From positions 46,006,001 through 46,066,000 of the forward strand of contig CM097885.1 in assembly GCA_044892525.1 (NCBI GenBank): 60,000 nt of DNA. Direction: 5' to 3'. Made by a program: the position numbers and the translations under genes. The first letter of the stretch is position 1; every line of letters begins with the position of its first letter. Of the stretch, positions 1 through 14,834 are shown piece by piece. Below the pieces are notes generated by a model that worked only from the letters and a program-made list of their open reading frames with translations, ran no database searches and was not told where the DNA came from. The stretch is from Schmidtea polychroa (lineage: Eukaryota).

Positions 1-591
1 TTTCCAAAGTAAGACTAATAACAGAGGTTAAGCTTGAGAACTAAGTAGGCATAAAAATATACACCTTTTAAATGAAAGTACAAACGGAACTCGTTATTGG
101 TGTTTCTAAGTGAAACAATTAATACGTTCATGACATTGTGTACCACGTAAAGTTTAATATAAACCTGTTAGTGAAGGTATGGTCATTTTTGAACATAATT
201 CTTTTTCTCAGTTGCACAATATTATTTGAGTTCAAAGATTGAGGTAAGTAAAAAGAACAATATAGATATATTATAATCTCATATACATAATATACACAAT
301 GTCAGAACGTGCTAAACCAGTTTTCACTATGCGGTTAATATAATTTTTGTCAAACTCAGCTTTCAATTCAACAGGTTATCTCTAGGACGAGGTCCATCGG
401 TATTTTCCATATATTGATAACCTAAATGAATCGTAAATTTATAAAGGTCTCTTTAAAAATAAAATCAGATATTAGATTCTAATACGGGCGCCTCCAGAAT
501 AGTTGTATAAAATAACGCACGTGGAAATAAATATTAATCTCACCAAATGTTCAGCGGTAATGAGTTGCGGCAATGCTTTTTAAACATGGTC

Positions 592-997
592 TTGTATAAA
601 ATATTGAATTCGCAAAGCAATTCATCACAGTATAAAGTTATATGAAATTGTGCTTTGAAATTTGGGGTGGTGGTGAGGAAAGAGGTTAAGGATATATGTA
701 ACTCTAAAAGGGGAAAAGAAGAAAAAATAGTAATTTTTCTTGATTTTGATGCATACTGATTAATTTAATATTGATTTTTAAAATTTAATTTTTATGCTCA
801 AAAATATTTTTTTGACAATCCATCTTCAAGTCTGATTTTGGCACTTCAATGAAACATTAATGCGAGCTATATGCTGAAAATAAATATCATGACAATGCAA
901 GACTTTTTGACAAGTAAGAGTAAGTCAGAAATGTCTTTTCCTACAAAATTCATAGATAGAATCCAGGCGCCCAACTCAAATAGCGTCCATCGTGCTC
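592..997 (+). repeat. Dispersed repeat copy A (inverted relative to copy at 8949-9350)
   Basis: ~400 bp whose reverse complement recurs with scattered mismatches at 8949-9350 (e.g. gagctatatgctgaaaataaatatcatgacaatgcaagac). Confidence 0.85.
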
Positions 998-1340
998 TCT
1001 CTCTCTCTACTAAAATGACAAAACATCGTAATGTGCCCAATGGCACAGTGAAGCACCAATAACATCAGAACATCTTATTATTCTAAACTCTCTAAAACAA
1101 GCAATTTTGTACCAGAACGTAGCCATTTGAGAGCTTCACACTTTTGTAAATCTCAGGTCAAAAAATACCATGTTTGAGATCGCTTTTGCCATATTTGGAT
1201 TAAAAAATTATAAGGAATCAAACTAAGCGACCCATGCAAATAAAATTTTCTATACAACAAATATTTTAATTTATCTGCCAATACTCTGTCAATATAATCT
1301 GGAGGGCTACGTAAATTTAGTCTAAACATTTATAAAAACA

Positions 1341-1703
1341 TTATAAGAACTTGTTTTTTCAAATTTCACCACTGATTTCTTTTCCATTGACATTGTATTT
1401 ATTAAAAAGCTTGACTTTGATTTTTAACAATTTATAAAAATGATATTAGTATACATTTTTCATATAAAAATATCAGGTAGTTACATATTTACTTTCAATT
1501 AATTAAAAAGAGAGTTTGAAGAATTTTCGAATTTTCGGTACTGCCTTTTTAAAGTGAATGTTTCAAGTGAAAGGCAGTGCCGAAAATTTGTGAGTATCAA
1601 AAAACATCGATATATTACTGATTTATAGTCTTCAAGCTCTCTTTCTAATAAATTCAATTGGAAAAATAATCAGTGGTGAAATTGGTAAAAAAGGTTCTTA
1701 TAA
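1341..1703. mobile_element. Palindromic MITE-like element
   Basis: ttataagaac...aatttcaccactgatt at the left is inverted as aatcagtggtgaaatt...gttcttataa at the right; internal inverted segments also present. Confidence 0.45.
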
Positions 1704-2993
1704 TATATTTCCTTTCATTTAACGGGGGAATAGAATCATAATTCAGGTTAAAACCCTAACTTCCCCGACTCAGTCGCATATCGGGTACCTGATGACAGTT
1801 ATATGTTTAAGTGGGTTTATTCAATTGTCCTAGAATTTCCACTGCACCTTAGCTCATCGTTTCCCAAAGTGTGAGTCGTGACCCGCCACCAGGCCGCGGC
1901 CAAAAAAGTTTTGGGAAACTATACCTTAGCTCCAAAGTAATTTGTGTATATTTTTGACATTTTACTGAAACTTTGTTATCAAAACCAACGATACTAAAGG
2001 TTGAAAGTTGTAGTAAATTGTTATTTGTTCATTTTCAATATTGCTTTATAGAGTTGTAGAAAAATAACAAAACAATAATTCAGTTTTTCGGAGTGTTAAC
2101 AATAAATATTTCAAAATTGTGTTCAATGATTTTTTTAACTTTTCTAAACCTCCAAGCGCAACTTGTGGAATCGAATTTTGTCAAATCCATTACCAACATA
2201 AACCCTTTGAACTCCTATGTCGAGGTCAAGGTTTAATATAGGCAATAACGAGTATTCGTTTTTAAAAACCCTTTTTTATTTATAATAATCTGTTTTAGAA
2301 TTTAAATAATATTAAAACATAATTATTGATAGATTCACTGAAAATGGATTGAAGTTCCTGGAACACTTTTGAAAATACCTTTGGAGGGCAAAGTGTTTTA
2401 AGTCTTTATAAAATGAGATAATTGAAATTTTAGGGAAATGCAAACTTCATTTCAAATGTGAAAATATGAATGGCCGGTGATAGTAGTTCTTACATATTAT
2501 TTATTAAGAGTAGACATCACTGATAAGAGGGTGATACAAGCGATGTAAATCATCGGGCCCGCGTTATAATCACATTTGGAAGTAAAATAGTATTTTTATA
2601 CAATCAAATAATTTTAAAAATCTAAGTTTGTGATAATTTAAGTTTATATGTATCATGGAATTTCATAAGTAATAAATAGGATAACTAAAACAAATGTTTT
2701 TTTTAAAAAATATATCAGTTTGTCATTGCAAAGAGGGCCCGTACTGACGAATTGCATTGGGGGCCCGGCTTGGCTCTCGGCGGCACTGAGAGTAGAAACT
2801 TGTTTTATTGAAAATGCAAGTAGAGTCAAAGTGTCAACTCTTAGAATTTGATGTGATGTTCGAAACTGACAATTGAACATAGCAATCAGGAAAGGATATC
2901 TTTAATTCAGTTATAAAAATGGACACAAAACTCTTCTTATAATCCTACAAATTATCATAGATTATTAAATGCTATGAAAAATGTTAAAAAGTA

Positions 2994-3180
2994 CACCTAT
3001 CCCTCGCTTAAAGAAATTGATTCGTTCACGAAAAGTCGTTCGTAAATCGAAATTTCATTTTATGAAATTTCGATTTACGTAAATTATATTCATTACGTAA
3101 ACCGAGACTTTGGTTTAATTTTGAAATTACGTTATAGAGAAATTTCGTAAAAAGATTTTTCGTTAAGCGAGGGATGGGTG
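2994..3180. mobile_element. Tc1/mariner-pogo type MITE
   Basis: TA|cacctatccctcgcttaa ... ttaagcgagggatgggtg|TA: TIRs and TA TSD; internal palindrome gtaaatcgaaatttcat/atgaaatttcgatttac. Confidence 0.8.
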
Positions 3181-4707
3181 TAATAGAAAGTATACCTTTT
3201 CGTTATTTATATATCTGCAAAATTCATTATAAATTTAATAGGAATAAGTTTCTTCATCTTCATTTCTTTTTAAAAAACAGATACCGATATTTTTGTTACT
3301 TTTTGGACTATGAACTTTCTACGAAATTACGGGTCTTTAGTAGAAATATATTTCTATTGGCATATTTGAATAGGTCTGTATACTTAATCAGGTTAATATA
3401 GACCTGACAAATTTATCAAAAAGTTACAAATTACCGTTTCCCACAGAAAATTAGACCTAATCAGTAAATATGCTCCAACATGATTGAGAAATGGAATCGC
3501 AGGAAATTCAGACAGGAATTCGGGGTTTGGAGAGTTATGATGAATTTTCAGAAGTGAATGATATAGGTAAGTAAATGTAGAATTTTGTACCTGACAAAGT
3601 ATGAAATTCTTCAAAAATAAGCTCTAACGCGTCTTTAGAGGGAAAAATTAATAAGACCCGCCTTATTTTCGGGGAAATTCGGCATTACTCTTACATAACC
3701 AAAAAAACAAAAAAAGAATAATAAAATGACGAAAGCCTTTATAAGAATTTACCTGTATATCGTAATAAAATTATATAAAATGAAAAGAGATGGGAATAAT
3801 GCTTATTTCGAATTTGTTTTTTGATCGCAAAAAAATAGTTTCTGGCGCCATATAAAATATGTCAATGATGTGTCGGTTGTCACATTAATGAATTCATAGG
3901 GCTCCCTTAAACAAATTATTCAGCTCCAATCAAGAAATTTAATAATTTGATAGTGATAACTTCAACAAATGTTTCCCAATGAACATATATCAACTTATCA
4001 AGTACCTGTTTCACGATGTCTGCTAAAGTGTGACAGGTATTCAGTGTTAGTGCCGTGTTTCCTCTTTCAACAACAATTTTTTATCTGTAAATGCGTAAGA
4101 TAATTTTATTTTCTAAAACTTGTTTAAATTGTAAAATTTTATTTTACAATGTCATTTTTATTACAGTTTCATATTGGTTAGAATATCAAATTTGACTTAT
4201 GGAACAAACAAAAGGTCTCCCTTACAGAGGGAGAGAGGCAGAGGAAAATTGTCACTTATAAAAATTGATGGTATTTTACAAATTGAAGTTAAAAAAATAA
4301 AACATTAAAAATATTTCTATACAAAACACAAATACAATGAATATATTGTCTATGAATTCATTCTTAAAAACTAGCATTTTTTAAAAGCCAGATAAAGAGG
4401 GGGGGGAGCAAGCGAGATTTATTAATATAGGCATTAACATATTTATTAATTTATATAGAAATAAAAAATATAAAATGAAAGTTTTTAATTATATTATTCA
4501 TTTTCGATATTTTCTGCATACCCTTCATGATCAACAAAACTATTCTCTTGATCATTCTCCATTGCAAGATCATTAAATACCAATTCTCTACGAGTGCCTT
4601 TTCTTAATATGGAACTAACTACTCGGTTGAAAGCGAAAACTCAAACAATAAAAAGCTGACTGCCCATTAAGAAATTTTTCATAAATTAAGTATCACTTAA
4701 ATCAAAA

Positions 4708-5760
4708 ATGTTGGCGCACAAAAAGAAAAGGTACAATAGAAATGGAGAAAAACGAAAAAAACAACAAGAGACTACGAAGAAGCTTGAGAAATATATAGAA
4801 ATGAAAAAGCTTTTCCAACTTGGCTCTATTCGTAAGTCAACCCATGATCAACCCGAGGCCTCGTCAAGTAAGGCTGCCAACACAGTGATGGCAGAAAACC
4901 TTATCCTTGAACCAATTGCTGAGAATGAAGATCACCAGGAGGCTTTTATAACTAGGCTCTGAGTATTGGAGGTCAGCCATTTGCAGGGAGGGCATGATCG
5001 TAAATCTAAATAAATAAGTTTCGGGGCAGGAAGGCTCCCATGCGAAGTTTATAGCGAGAAATAAGTACTTATTGTAATATATATTATAAGGAGTTAGTGA
5101 AGGGTGAGGTAAGTATATAGTATTAATAGTTAATAGAAGTGTTGATTATAGTAGCAATAGTATAATAATAATGATTATAGTATTAATAAAAACAACTAAA
5201 AAGACCACAACCAATGAAGTATAGGAATTTTGGTGCAATGAAAATCACGCGGAATTCCAATACTTTGATGTTGAACTTTCAGCTTCAGACATATAGTATA
5301 AAGATCGTAAAATAAATTTTATTTGTCGGAAACATGTAAGTGGTGAACAAATCAAAAGAGAATGTAAAAGGAAATGTGTGTTGTTTCCCTTGTATCTTAT
5401 TTAGAGAAACATATAAAGTTTGAACTCAATTTATAGATGGATTTTAAGATTGGAACAATGCCTCGCAGTGTGACAGTGTGACACGTTGGGCATATGTACA
5501 GACACTAATCTGTAGAAAACGCACACGTAGTCGAATCCAAAGCACTCTAGAAATTCATGTCAACAAAGAAAAATATTACTGTAGGAATGTTCTGAAAAGA
5601 ATAGTTTCACTGATCAAATTCCTGTCGTCACGTAATGTAAATTTTTGCGGTGACACGGGACTATTTAGTTTATAAAATGATTTCTTGTACGTGAGTAACT
5701 GAATGATTGTGAAATCCAACTTCATGGACAATTGCATTAGAATTGTATGAAGTTATGCTT
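4708..5760 (+). pseudogene. Degraded hAT (ZMYM-like) transposase remnant
   Basis: Basic N-terminal fragment (KRKKQQE) and EKYYCRNVLKRIVSLIKFLSSRNVNFCG, which resembles the hAT 'L.rii..i.fL..q.lafRG' segment; many stops. Confidence 0.55.
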
Positions 5761-6209
5761 TGTGCACTTTTCTCTTACAACGCTGGGCTCATTGCCGTCG
5801 CTGACATCGTTATTATTGGTAAATAAATAAATTTGAACTACAAGTTTACGAGCTCCTTTTTCAGATGTTACAAATTCTATCAAGTCGAAAAATTAAATAA
5901 ATTATAGTAATAACACATTTCATATATAAATCAATACTATAGTAACTAATTTATCACACAATAGCAAGCTTCCTAGAATGAAATACAAAAGTTTATCAGT
6001 TTCAGATAAAAATTAAGTTAAATAATTTTACCCGTACTAATTTGTCCTTTACAATTTCATTCTAGAACCGTCATAATTAACGTTAGAATTTTAGAGCTTG
6101 GGTGGAATCCGAAAGCAAAGTTGAGCCAGGAGCCTGCTAAATTCCAGATTCTTTGGGTACAGGTACCTATAGAAGACACTATATGGTCAATCCTGAGTTT
6201 AATTATGTA

Positions 6210-7333
6210 CACCTAAATCCACAATATAAAAGTTTCTATAATCTAAAAAAAAGTCGATAAAATTATATTATAGCAACACACAAACTTACCTGTGTGCAAA
6301 AATTTAATGTTCCGAATGTTAAAAGTTTTATTATAGGAATTGAGAAAGTGACAGAAAAATAATTTTACATACAAACACAGCACACATAATATAAAATACA
6401 CGCAAATTTAATATAGCTTTTTTTATTCCGAAAGTAGAGAGTCATTAACATACTGTTAACATATCATTAATTTAAAATTATTAAAATTCATGGCTGAAAA
6501 AAATTTGGATTTTGAATCTGACAACTCAACTTTGAGTTTTCGAGAAATGGACGACAAAACATCGTAAGATCTATTTATAAAATATTTTTGAAGTTAATAT
6601 TTCTTTAGATTTTCAGATATTTCTCTGGAGACATTTCCATTTTGCGAAGGTGAAGATATGACAATGTAAGAATTTTTTTATTTAATTACAAATAATTAAA
6701 ATATTTTACAGCATATCAGATATTTCTAGTCAAACGCCTTTGTGTGAAGATATTCAACAAGTTCCGTCGACATCTTTGGAATTGAAGAAAAAAATTCGAA
6801 AATCGTAAATTTTAATAACTTATTTTAAAAAAATAATATTTTCAAAGAATTTCAGAAAATGACAAAATGCATATGAAAATGGAGAAAATTATAAAGATTT
6901 TGGAAGATTACTGGGAATCTCCAAAAAATCGATTGGAACCATTATTTCTTAAAAAAATAAATGTGTTTGGTGATTTTATTTCTTTTTAGTTAAATAACTT
7001 ATATATAACTTGTATATATAACTTACATTTTATTGAAATAATTCCAAATTCATAACATCATAAAATACCTAAAAAAGCACCTGAAATTTAATTATCAATA
7101 TATTATAAATGCTGATTACAAGTAATATTTAAGAGCTTGAATAATTTCATAATTATATGAAATCAAAATTCAAGCCTTAAAATATACTTAAATTTAAAAA
7201 ACTTACTTCTAAAGCCATAAATAAAATTGAATTGAAAATGAAAAAATGAAATACTCTCTCATAAATGGTGAGTCATCAACTGATGAACACACCAACATGC
7301 ATTATAGAGACTTTTAACATGTGGAAACGGGTG
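6210..7333. mobile_element. Non-autonomous TIR DNA transposon (TA TSD), copy 1, carrying a spliced gene
   Basis: TA|cacctaaatccacaatataaaagtttctataat ... attatagagacttttaacatgtggaaacgggtg|TA; homologous along its length to 47068-47959. Confidence 0.8.
6490..6989 (+). CDS. Predicted 4-exon gene for a 121-aa acidic protein of unknown function (exons 6490-6563, 6609-6665, 6712-6804, 6848-6989)
   Basis: Three GT-AG phase-2 introns (45, 46, 43 nt) splice to an open frame MAEKNLDFESDNSTLSF...KKINVFGDFISF*; splice sites are retained in the second copy. Confidence 0.6.
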
Positions 7334-8369
7334 TATCGCGTCTGTGTGTGCATTGAGTATTGATTGTATTTTTTCTGCTGGTTTGCGCACACAGACCCGA
7401 GGCAAGTAATTTTGATTTTTAGAATTAATTGATTTATTTTTTCAACAATTAGAGAAATTTTGTTTAAAAACGTTTTTTGTCGCGAATTTTTGAATAGAAT
7501 AAAGATTTTTAAAAAACTTTCGTTTTCATTATATAGAATGGATATGAATTCATAAGTGTTGACAATGATAGTAGCTCTAAGAATTTATCCAATAATATAA
7601 ATTATATGAAATCAGGAAGGAAATTTGAAAAAGGATAGCAAAGACGTAAATTCTTCTACCAATTGTCAAGAAACCGTATGTGAATGAAATGATGAGGAAT
7701 TGTGGTAATGGAGCTAACCTACCCATTTATTTTCAACCACCTCATACATTTTCAACAGACTTGTTTCGAGCTTTTTTAGTTCTAATTTGTATCATGTAAG
7801 AAACTCGTTTCCACCCTGGATGGAACCCACCATCAGATAACACAATATTTTTGTACCTCTTTTATCAAATGCATATAAATACATTTAATAACTTACAAAC
7901 TAGGCGTATATGCAACTCATATCATCCCTGTGTCATTAAATAAATTTAATAGTAATTAAAGTTCGTATTATGTAAGATGTACTCTGTTGCTTTCAATTAA
8001 TTTGAAGCAATATTTAAACTTTTGAGTTTCAGACGGTGTAGTCGCGCTTCTTCTGTTCAGAGCCTAAAAGCATTCTTTGTAAACTGGAACCCATTAAAGG
8101 TCGAAATTATACAGTTTTGGCAAAATTACCATTTTTGATAAGGAAATGCATTAATCCTGAATAGAAAATTAACCATTTCCAGTGACATGGTCATTCGGAT
8201 GTAGTATAAATGTCTCTTTTGAAATGATATTCTATGTTGGGTGTCCAGAGTGTTTTTAAAAGTTGAGGTTTTATATCTTCATTAACATTCAATTTTCTTA
8301 ATTTGTCAGTTACCAACCTGGTTAGTTAGATAATTCAAATTTATGTTCCCCAATATTTTTATTGGAACG

Positions 8370-8900
8370 CTAAATAAACAAGATGCTGAGATGATCCTGA
8401 TCCATTACTGTACACAAATATAAAAAAACAAGCTTCAAGCTGTTATGGAATCGCTCATCACTAGCAATCAAAACTATAATTACTAACAGAATTTGCAAAT
8501 GTGATGCGCAAATGTGGAGGTGCTTAATCTCCATAATAATAAATAAAACGAAAAATACCCAACGAAGTTTCTGGTATAAGCATTTTTCAATCTTCGATTT
8601 CTGTACCCAATTCGCAACCATTGACGTTAGTGTTGTATAAATTAACTTATGAAATCTCGGCAATTTTGACGCAGTTGATGGTACTCTGCTTTGGAGAGAA
8701 AGTTGTGAAGTTCAGCAGAAAAATGTGTTGATATTGTTTGTTGAAGTCTATAAAATGTGTTGTTCATCACCCGCATAATTACATTTCTGCTGAAAGTCCT
8801 GAATGTCTTCTCAGTTCTCCAGACATCATCAAACGTTACCTAATTCTTCTTTTGACATCAATTCTTCGAGATGGGTCTTTTCTTCATCAACGCAGCTCAA
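8370..8900 (-). pseudogene. hAT transposase C-terminal dimerization-domain remnant
   Basis: LQILLVIIVLIASDERFHNSLKLVFLYLCTVMDQDHLSIL resembles 'lpvt.as.ERsFS.lk.ik.ylR.tm.q.rL'. Confidence 0.6.
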
Positions 8901-8948
8901 ATTCATAATTATTTAAAACTTTATGTCATTTTAGTATATATATATTGT

Positions 8949-9350
8949 GAGCAACGGAGGATATTTGAGTTGGGCGCCTGGATTCTATCTATGAATTGTG
9001 TAGAAATAGACATTTCTGACTTACTCTTACCTGTCAAAAAGTCTTGCATTGTCATGATATTTATTTTCAGCATATAGCTCGTATTAATGTTTCATTGAAG
9101 TGCCATAATCAAACCTGAAGTAGGGTTGATAAAAAAATATTTTTGAGCATAAAAATTAAATTTTAAAAATCAATTTTGAACTAATTATTAGGCATCAAAA
9201 TCAAAAAAAATACTATATTTTTCTTCTTTTCCCTTTGGAGTCACATATATCCTTAACCTCTTTCCTCACTACCACCCCAAGTTTCAAAGCACAATTTCAT
9301 ATAACTTTATACTGTGATGAATTCCTTTGCGAATTCAATATTTTATGCAA
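8949..9350 (-). repeat. Dispersed repeat copy B (inverse of 592-997)
   Basis: Reverse-complement match to 592-997. Confidence 0.85.
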
Positions 9351-9412
9351 AATAAAAACAAAAAAACAAAATTTCAATTAATCTAAATTTCTTTTTATAT
9401 TTCATAAATATA

Positions 9413-9689
<277 letters not shown>

Positions 9690-10853
9690 TTGTTTTTGTT
9701 AAGTTCTTCCTTTCATGGCAATTGCCGATTGTTCTAATCAAACTTTATTTTTTCGTAATTAAACTAAAATTAATTATTAAAATAATAATTATATCTCCTG
9801 TATATCTCCAGTTAATTATAAAAACTAAATTTATTGTTTACTAACATAAATAATTCAATTGTAAAATATTTCATTAAATTTGGCAAAACCAAATAGAAAT
9901 TTGACAAAACATTTACTAAATTCAAGTTTTAGTACATATAAATTACATATAAATATATTTACAGTAATTTCCGGATATAATAAAATGCCTCTTACCACAA
10001 TATTTTTTATTATAATATGATTTTATAATAGCTGATTTCCTTAGGTCTAAATTTAGTCCTTGTCGGCTTAGATATTATTTGTTCTAGAATTTGGGTTTCT
10101 GTTCGTTCTGAAAATTGCAAGATGCCAAACAGCAGATGTATTTGTATCGAGTCCAGCTTCCCGACTCATTCATATGATATTTAACCTAAGACTTACTATA
10201 TGTTACCCTTCACTTTTCCCGCCCGATTAACACTAATTTGGCTTGAATTGTGCAGGACAATTTAACAATTGAGGTTTATATGTTTTTATATTTTAATTGC
10301 TTTTGATAAAAAATTATATCGCGTGCTGCATTTTTTTTTGATTTATTATACACATTATAGCAGTTTTTTGGAAATTAATTTCGTTGTTACTTCTTCATTA
10401 GATTCTTACAAGAGTTTATGATATGTTTACTTTATCTTTATTTTTTTTCAAACTATGGATGGCAAAACCTTTGACTAGAATTATCCTTATGGTCTACCAG
10501 AGAAATTATTTTAAATATCAAAAGAGTGATATTTATATTATTAAAAAACAGACAAGTAAAAACACAAATATAATTTTTTTTCAGGCGACTTCCAATAGTT
10601 ACGCGGTTGACGTCTTTGCCACCCAAAAGATCAATCTTTTCACTAATATGTAACAAGAATTTGTGTTCAATTTAAAGTGTTTTTACATAAATTTGTAATT
10701 AATTTGAAATAATTCGGTTGACTTGTCTACCCTTTCCTACTCTTACGGTTTTGAAACTAAGGTACACTCATCTTTTCTTAACTGAAGGGATAAATTATAC
10801 TTTACTGCATGAATTATTCTTGAAAAATTCACAAAATGACCAAATGGATTGCA

Positions 10854-11047
<194 letters not shown>

Positions 11048-12810
11048 TCAATTATTTCAATTAAATAGTGGCCATTTACAAAATCATTAATATATGTATA
11101 AAATGTTGCACAGCTTGCTGAAGAGCTTGAAAACATTATTACGAAATAGGATTCAACCTGCGCACAAAAGCGAATAGTAAATCAATCTGTCACCAACTTT
11201 TAGGGTCCAACAGATTGCGATATTGTTCATAAAAACTGTCCATTTTCTAATCACTAAAGATTATACTCATGAGACAATATAGACGTTTCATTACTTTTTT
11301 ATGGCCAGCACTACTGCAGATCATTGAATTGTTCTGCAAGAGAATAAGGTTTGATTTTTTTTATTGTTTCTTAAGTTGTATCAATCTTTATCCGTTGTCC
11401 GATTTATTAACACTTTATGATGGATTGAAATATCCTTAATTGTTTAAATGGTACATAATGAAATATAATTCTAAATGTATATATATAATATATTCATAGA
11501 CTACATTTTTAAAAGTTTATTTTCTATTTGTACTTTGAAAGTATACTAATAATAGAGAAAATTTTATGACTTTTTGTCGCGAAAAATTTCAGACGTAAAA
11601 ATAGAATTTAAATTTTTCTTAATGTTTTAATTCGAATCATTTTTTAGTCATTATATGTTTAATTTTTTTAGTATTTTGATATTTCTTAAAAGATTTTCGG
11701 ATTATTTATATTTAATATATCCATTTTTTACTCTTCATTTTTCTATGATTAGAGATTAATATATTTTTAATCAGTTTTTTTGTATTTGAAAAGAAAGAAA
11801 AATGGAAAATTTTCGATCAATGGTGAAGGGTATTGAAAATTTTATTACAAAAATCAAGTTTTTTTAAAAATTTATAATGTCGGGTTTATGAAGTAAAATC
11901 AAAAGTATAACAAATAACTGGATTTTGGTTTTCTTTATCATATCAGTAAAACAAGGACACATTCAAACACCTACAATAACCTTGTTCTCCTTCCTTAAAG
12001 GTCTCCTCACTCAATACACTGACCTATTATTTCACTTAAGTGATACTCAAACCAACGAAAATTATCCCATAGGTCATATACAAAAGACAAAGTGTCAAGT
12101 AAATGTTTATCTCCAGATCAGAATTCATTTACTCAACAGTTTTTCGTTATTTTTTTCAGATTTCTTTTTAAATTTTATTTAAAACTTCTTTTTACTTTAT
12201 TTTATTTATATTATATTTTAGTAATTTTAACAACGCTTTATGATTTGGATTTTGACCAATCGAATTTAGATTAAATTAATTAATGCATTATAAGAGTGAG
12301 TGATAGAAATAATTAATGAAATTAATTCATTTTATTATCAAAGAATATTGTTTATGGACATCCACAAATATAAAAATATTTAAATAGTCATTAGGAAACG
12401 TCTAACGTCGAATCAGTTAATTAAAAACATTATTAAAAGATCTTAACTGTAAAATAAAAAATAAATCTTTAAATAAACAAGCACATAGTCTAACAGGTTA
12501 GACCATTTGTTCCTTAACCCCTCGTAGAATCCTTTCAACTAGTGATTCTACCATAGCTAGTTTTAGCAAATATTTTGAACCGCCATAACCAATCAAAAGT
12601 AAAAATTATTCACTGAGAAAAGTAAGAGACTTTCATCTTTAAACATTGAAACAATTAATTATATTTTAATATTGGAACCTGATGTACACCAAGACCTAAT
12701 TTGTGTCCATAATTGGTTTTGCTAAAAGGCTACACAAACTGAAACGACGTAAATTAAAGCTGTATTTTTGACGTGAAATGATATTTAGATTTCACTCCCA
12801 CATTTTTATT

Positions 12811-13112
<302 letters not shown>

Positions 13113-13399
13113 AGTCTTGAACAGTATCCTTTCTTTGCTGGTGCAAAGCTGCCCATCAATTTTAATATATGATGATGGAATATAATTATTTTGACAATTT
13201 TGAATAAACTTTTTCCAAAACAAACTTGATAGGAGAATCTTTATGCATGGCGTTTCAATCATTTCGTTTAACAAACCCTGTATTTCCTGAAACAAGTTTG
13301 TAATTTCTATATGATATTATTAAAAAATATAAAAAATAAAAATTATATTTTGGAAGGTAAAGTAGACCAGTTTCTTTATTCTAAGCTTCATTCAATAAA

Positions 13400-13760
13400 T
13401 TGTTTTTATTCTTCATGAATACTAAATAATAATTTACGGCAATATAAAGTCATATGTTCTTTTGAGTTAATACCTTATCGGACTTTTGTGCAATCGACTA
13501 TTTGCATAATAATTTCATCATCAATAAAACATCTTAGTGCAAATATGCAAGCTCAAAGACTTTAGTGATATTCCAGATAGGAAGTCAGTAAATATGCTGT
13601 GGAGAGATTCTGTAACGTTTTCTTTAGACCATCAATCATAAGCATCATCTTCAACCGGTTGCCTATGTGGACAATTCATCAGTTTCATCTTTATATGAGA
13701 AAGTAGATTCATTTTGAATTTCATTGATAAAAGGATTCAGTAGCATTTTGTGCATTCATT
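13400..13760 (-). pseudogene. Possible piggyBac transposase remnant
   Basis: Minus-strand fragment FIDDEIIMQIVDCT after an acidic stretch and W residue resembles the piggyBac 'F.d.ei...Iv..TN' segment; heavily decayed. Confidence 0.3.
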
Positions 13761-14231
13761 ATGAAGTTCTTAAACAACGAAAAATATAATTTTAGAAAAT
13801 AATTTTAGATATTGTCAATTCATGCATATTATTCATTATTTTTTTGTGAAAAAAAAGTTTTATTTTGGAGGGTGTAATAGACTCATAGGAATTTAAGATG
13901 TTATTTGTTGAAAAACAAACAAAAATATTAATAAGCGGTGTTAAAATAATTCATAATTTTATTTCTATACATTAGACTTCATTATATTAAAAATTATATG
14001 AAAAAATTAAAATAAAGAAATTTTGTAAATTGATAAGAAAAAGATGTGGGTCCAATGGACCTACATGTAAGTGGAAGTGTTAATTGTTTCAACAAATTAT
14101 TTTTTCGATATTTAAAATAGTGAGAATTATAAAATAATGCAAAATTACAAATAAAAACACAACACAATCTGAAACAATTTAAATGCAAACTGAAAAGTGA
14201 ATGTAAAAATATATGCTACACATGCGGGAAC

Positions 14232-14540
14232 GGGAACAAGATATTTCCCCCTTGGACATGTCACCCTAGCCTTTTCCCCTGGATATTTCCCCCCAGCTTT
14301 TTTCCCCTCTTCGAAAATAAAATAATAATAAGAACTTTGCAAATAATAATACTTTGAACTTGTATTTGAAAATAATAATAATATAACCTTTGCGACATGT
14401 TGAGTGTGAGCAGTACCCTTGTGACCAATACCAATTGGGGAACAAAATATCTTGTTGGATAAACTCGTAGTATATGTCCAGGGGAAAAAGGCTGGGGGGA
14501 ATGACAGGAAGAAATGTCCAGGGGAAAATATCCTAGATTC
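14232..14540. mobile_element. Non-autonomous foldback element (Mutator-like TIRs)
   Basis: Imperfect TIRs built of gatatttccccc/ttttcccc units; flanked by direct repeat GCGGGAAC (14224-14231, 14541-14548). Confidence 0.65.
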
Positions 14541-14568
14541 GCGGGAACAACGCAAAGTGAGCTATTAT

Positions 14569-14834
14569 AGTAGTGGATGTATGGCCTTCACGGACCCAAC
14601 CCACCCTAGCCTCCAACGTCAAACCCTTTCACATTCAGCCTAAAAAACTAAACTTTTTCATCTTTTAACCCCCTATTTTTACATCTTTTAGTCATAAAAC
14701 CCTCAAATACACCAATCCAAAACCTCACAGGCCCTAGACCTTACGGACCAAGCGATCGAAGGGGGAAACATGAAATGGGTCAGCGTCCGTGAAGGCCATA
14801 CATCCACTACTATAAAAACATAAAAATTTTAAAT
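14569..14834 (+). repeat. Polinton left TIR
   Basis: Reverse complement of 44384-44642 apart from a 6-nt indel and a few substitutions. Confidence 0.95.

Noticed and set aside
14145..14643. ORFs overlapping the foldback element and TIR
   Set aside because: Chance frames in GC-richer repeat sequence that cross element boundaries.
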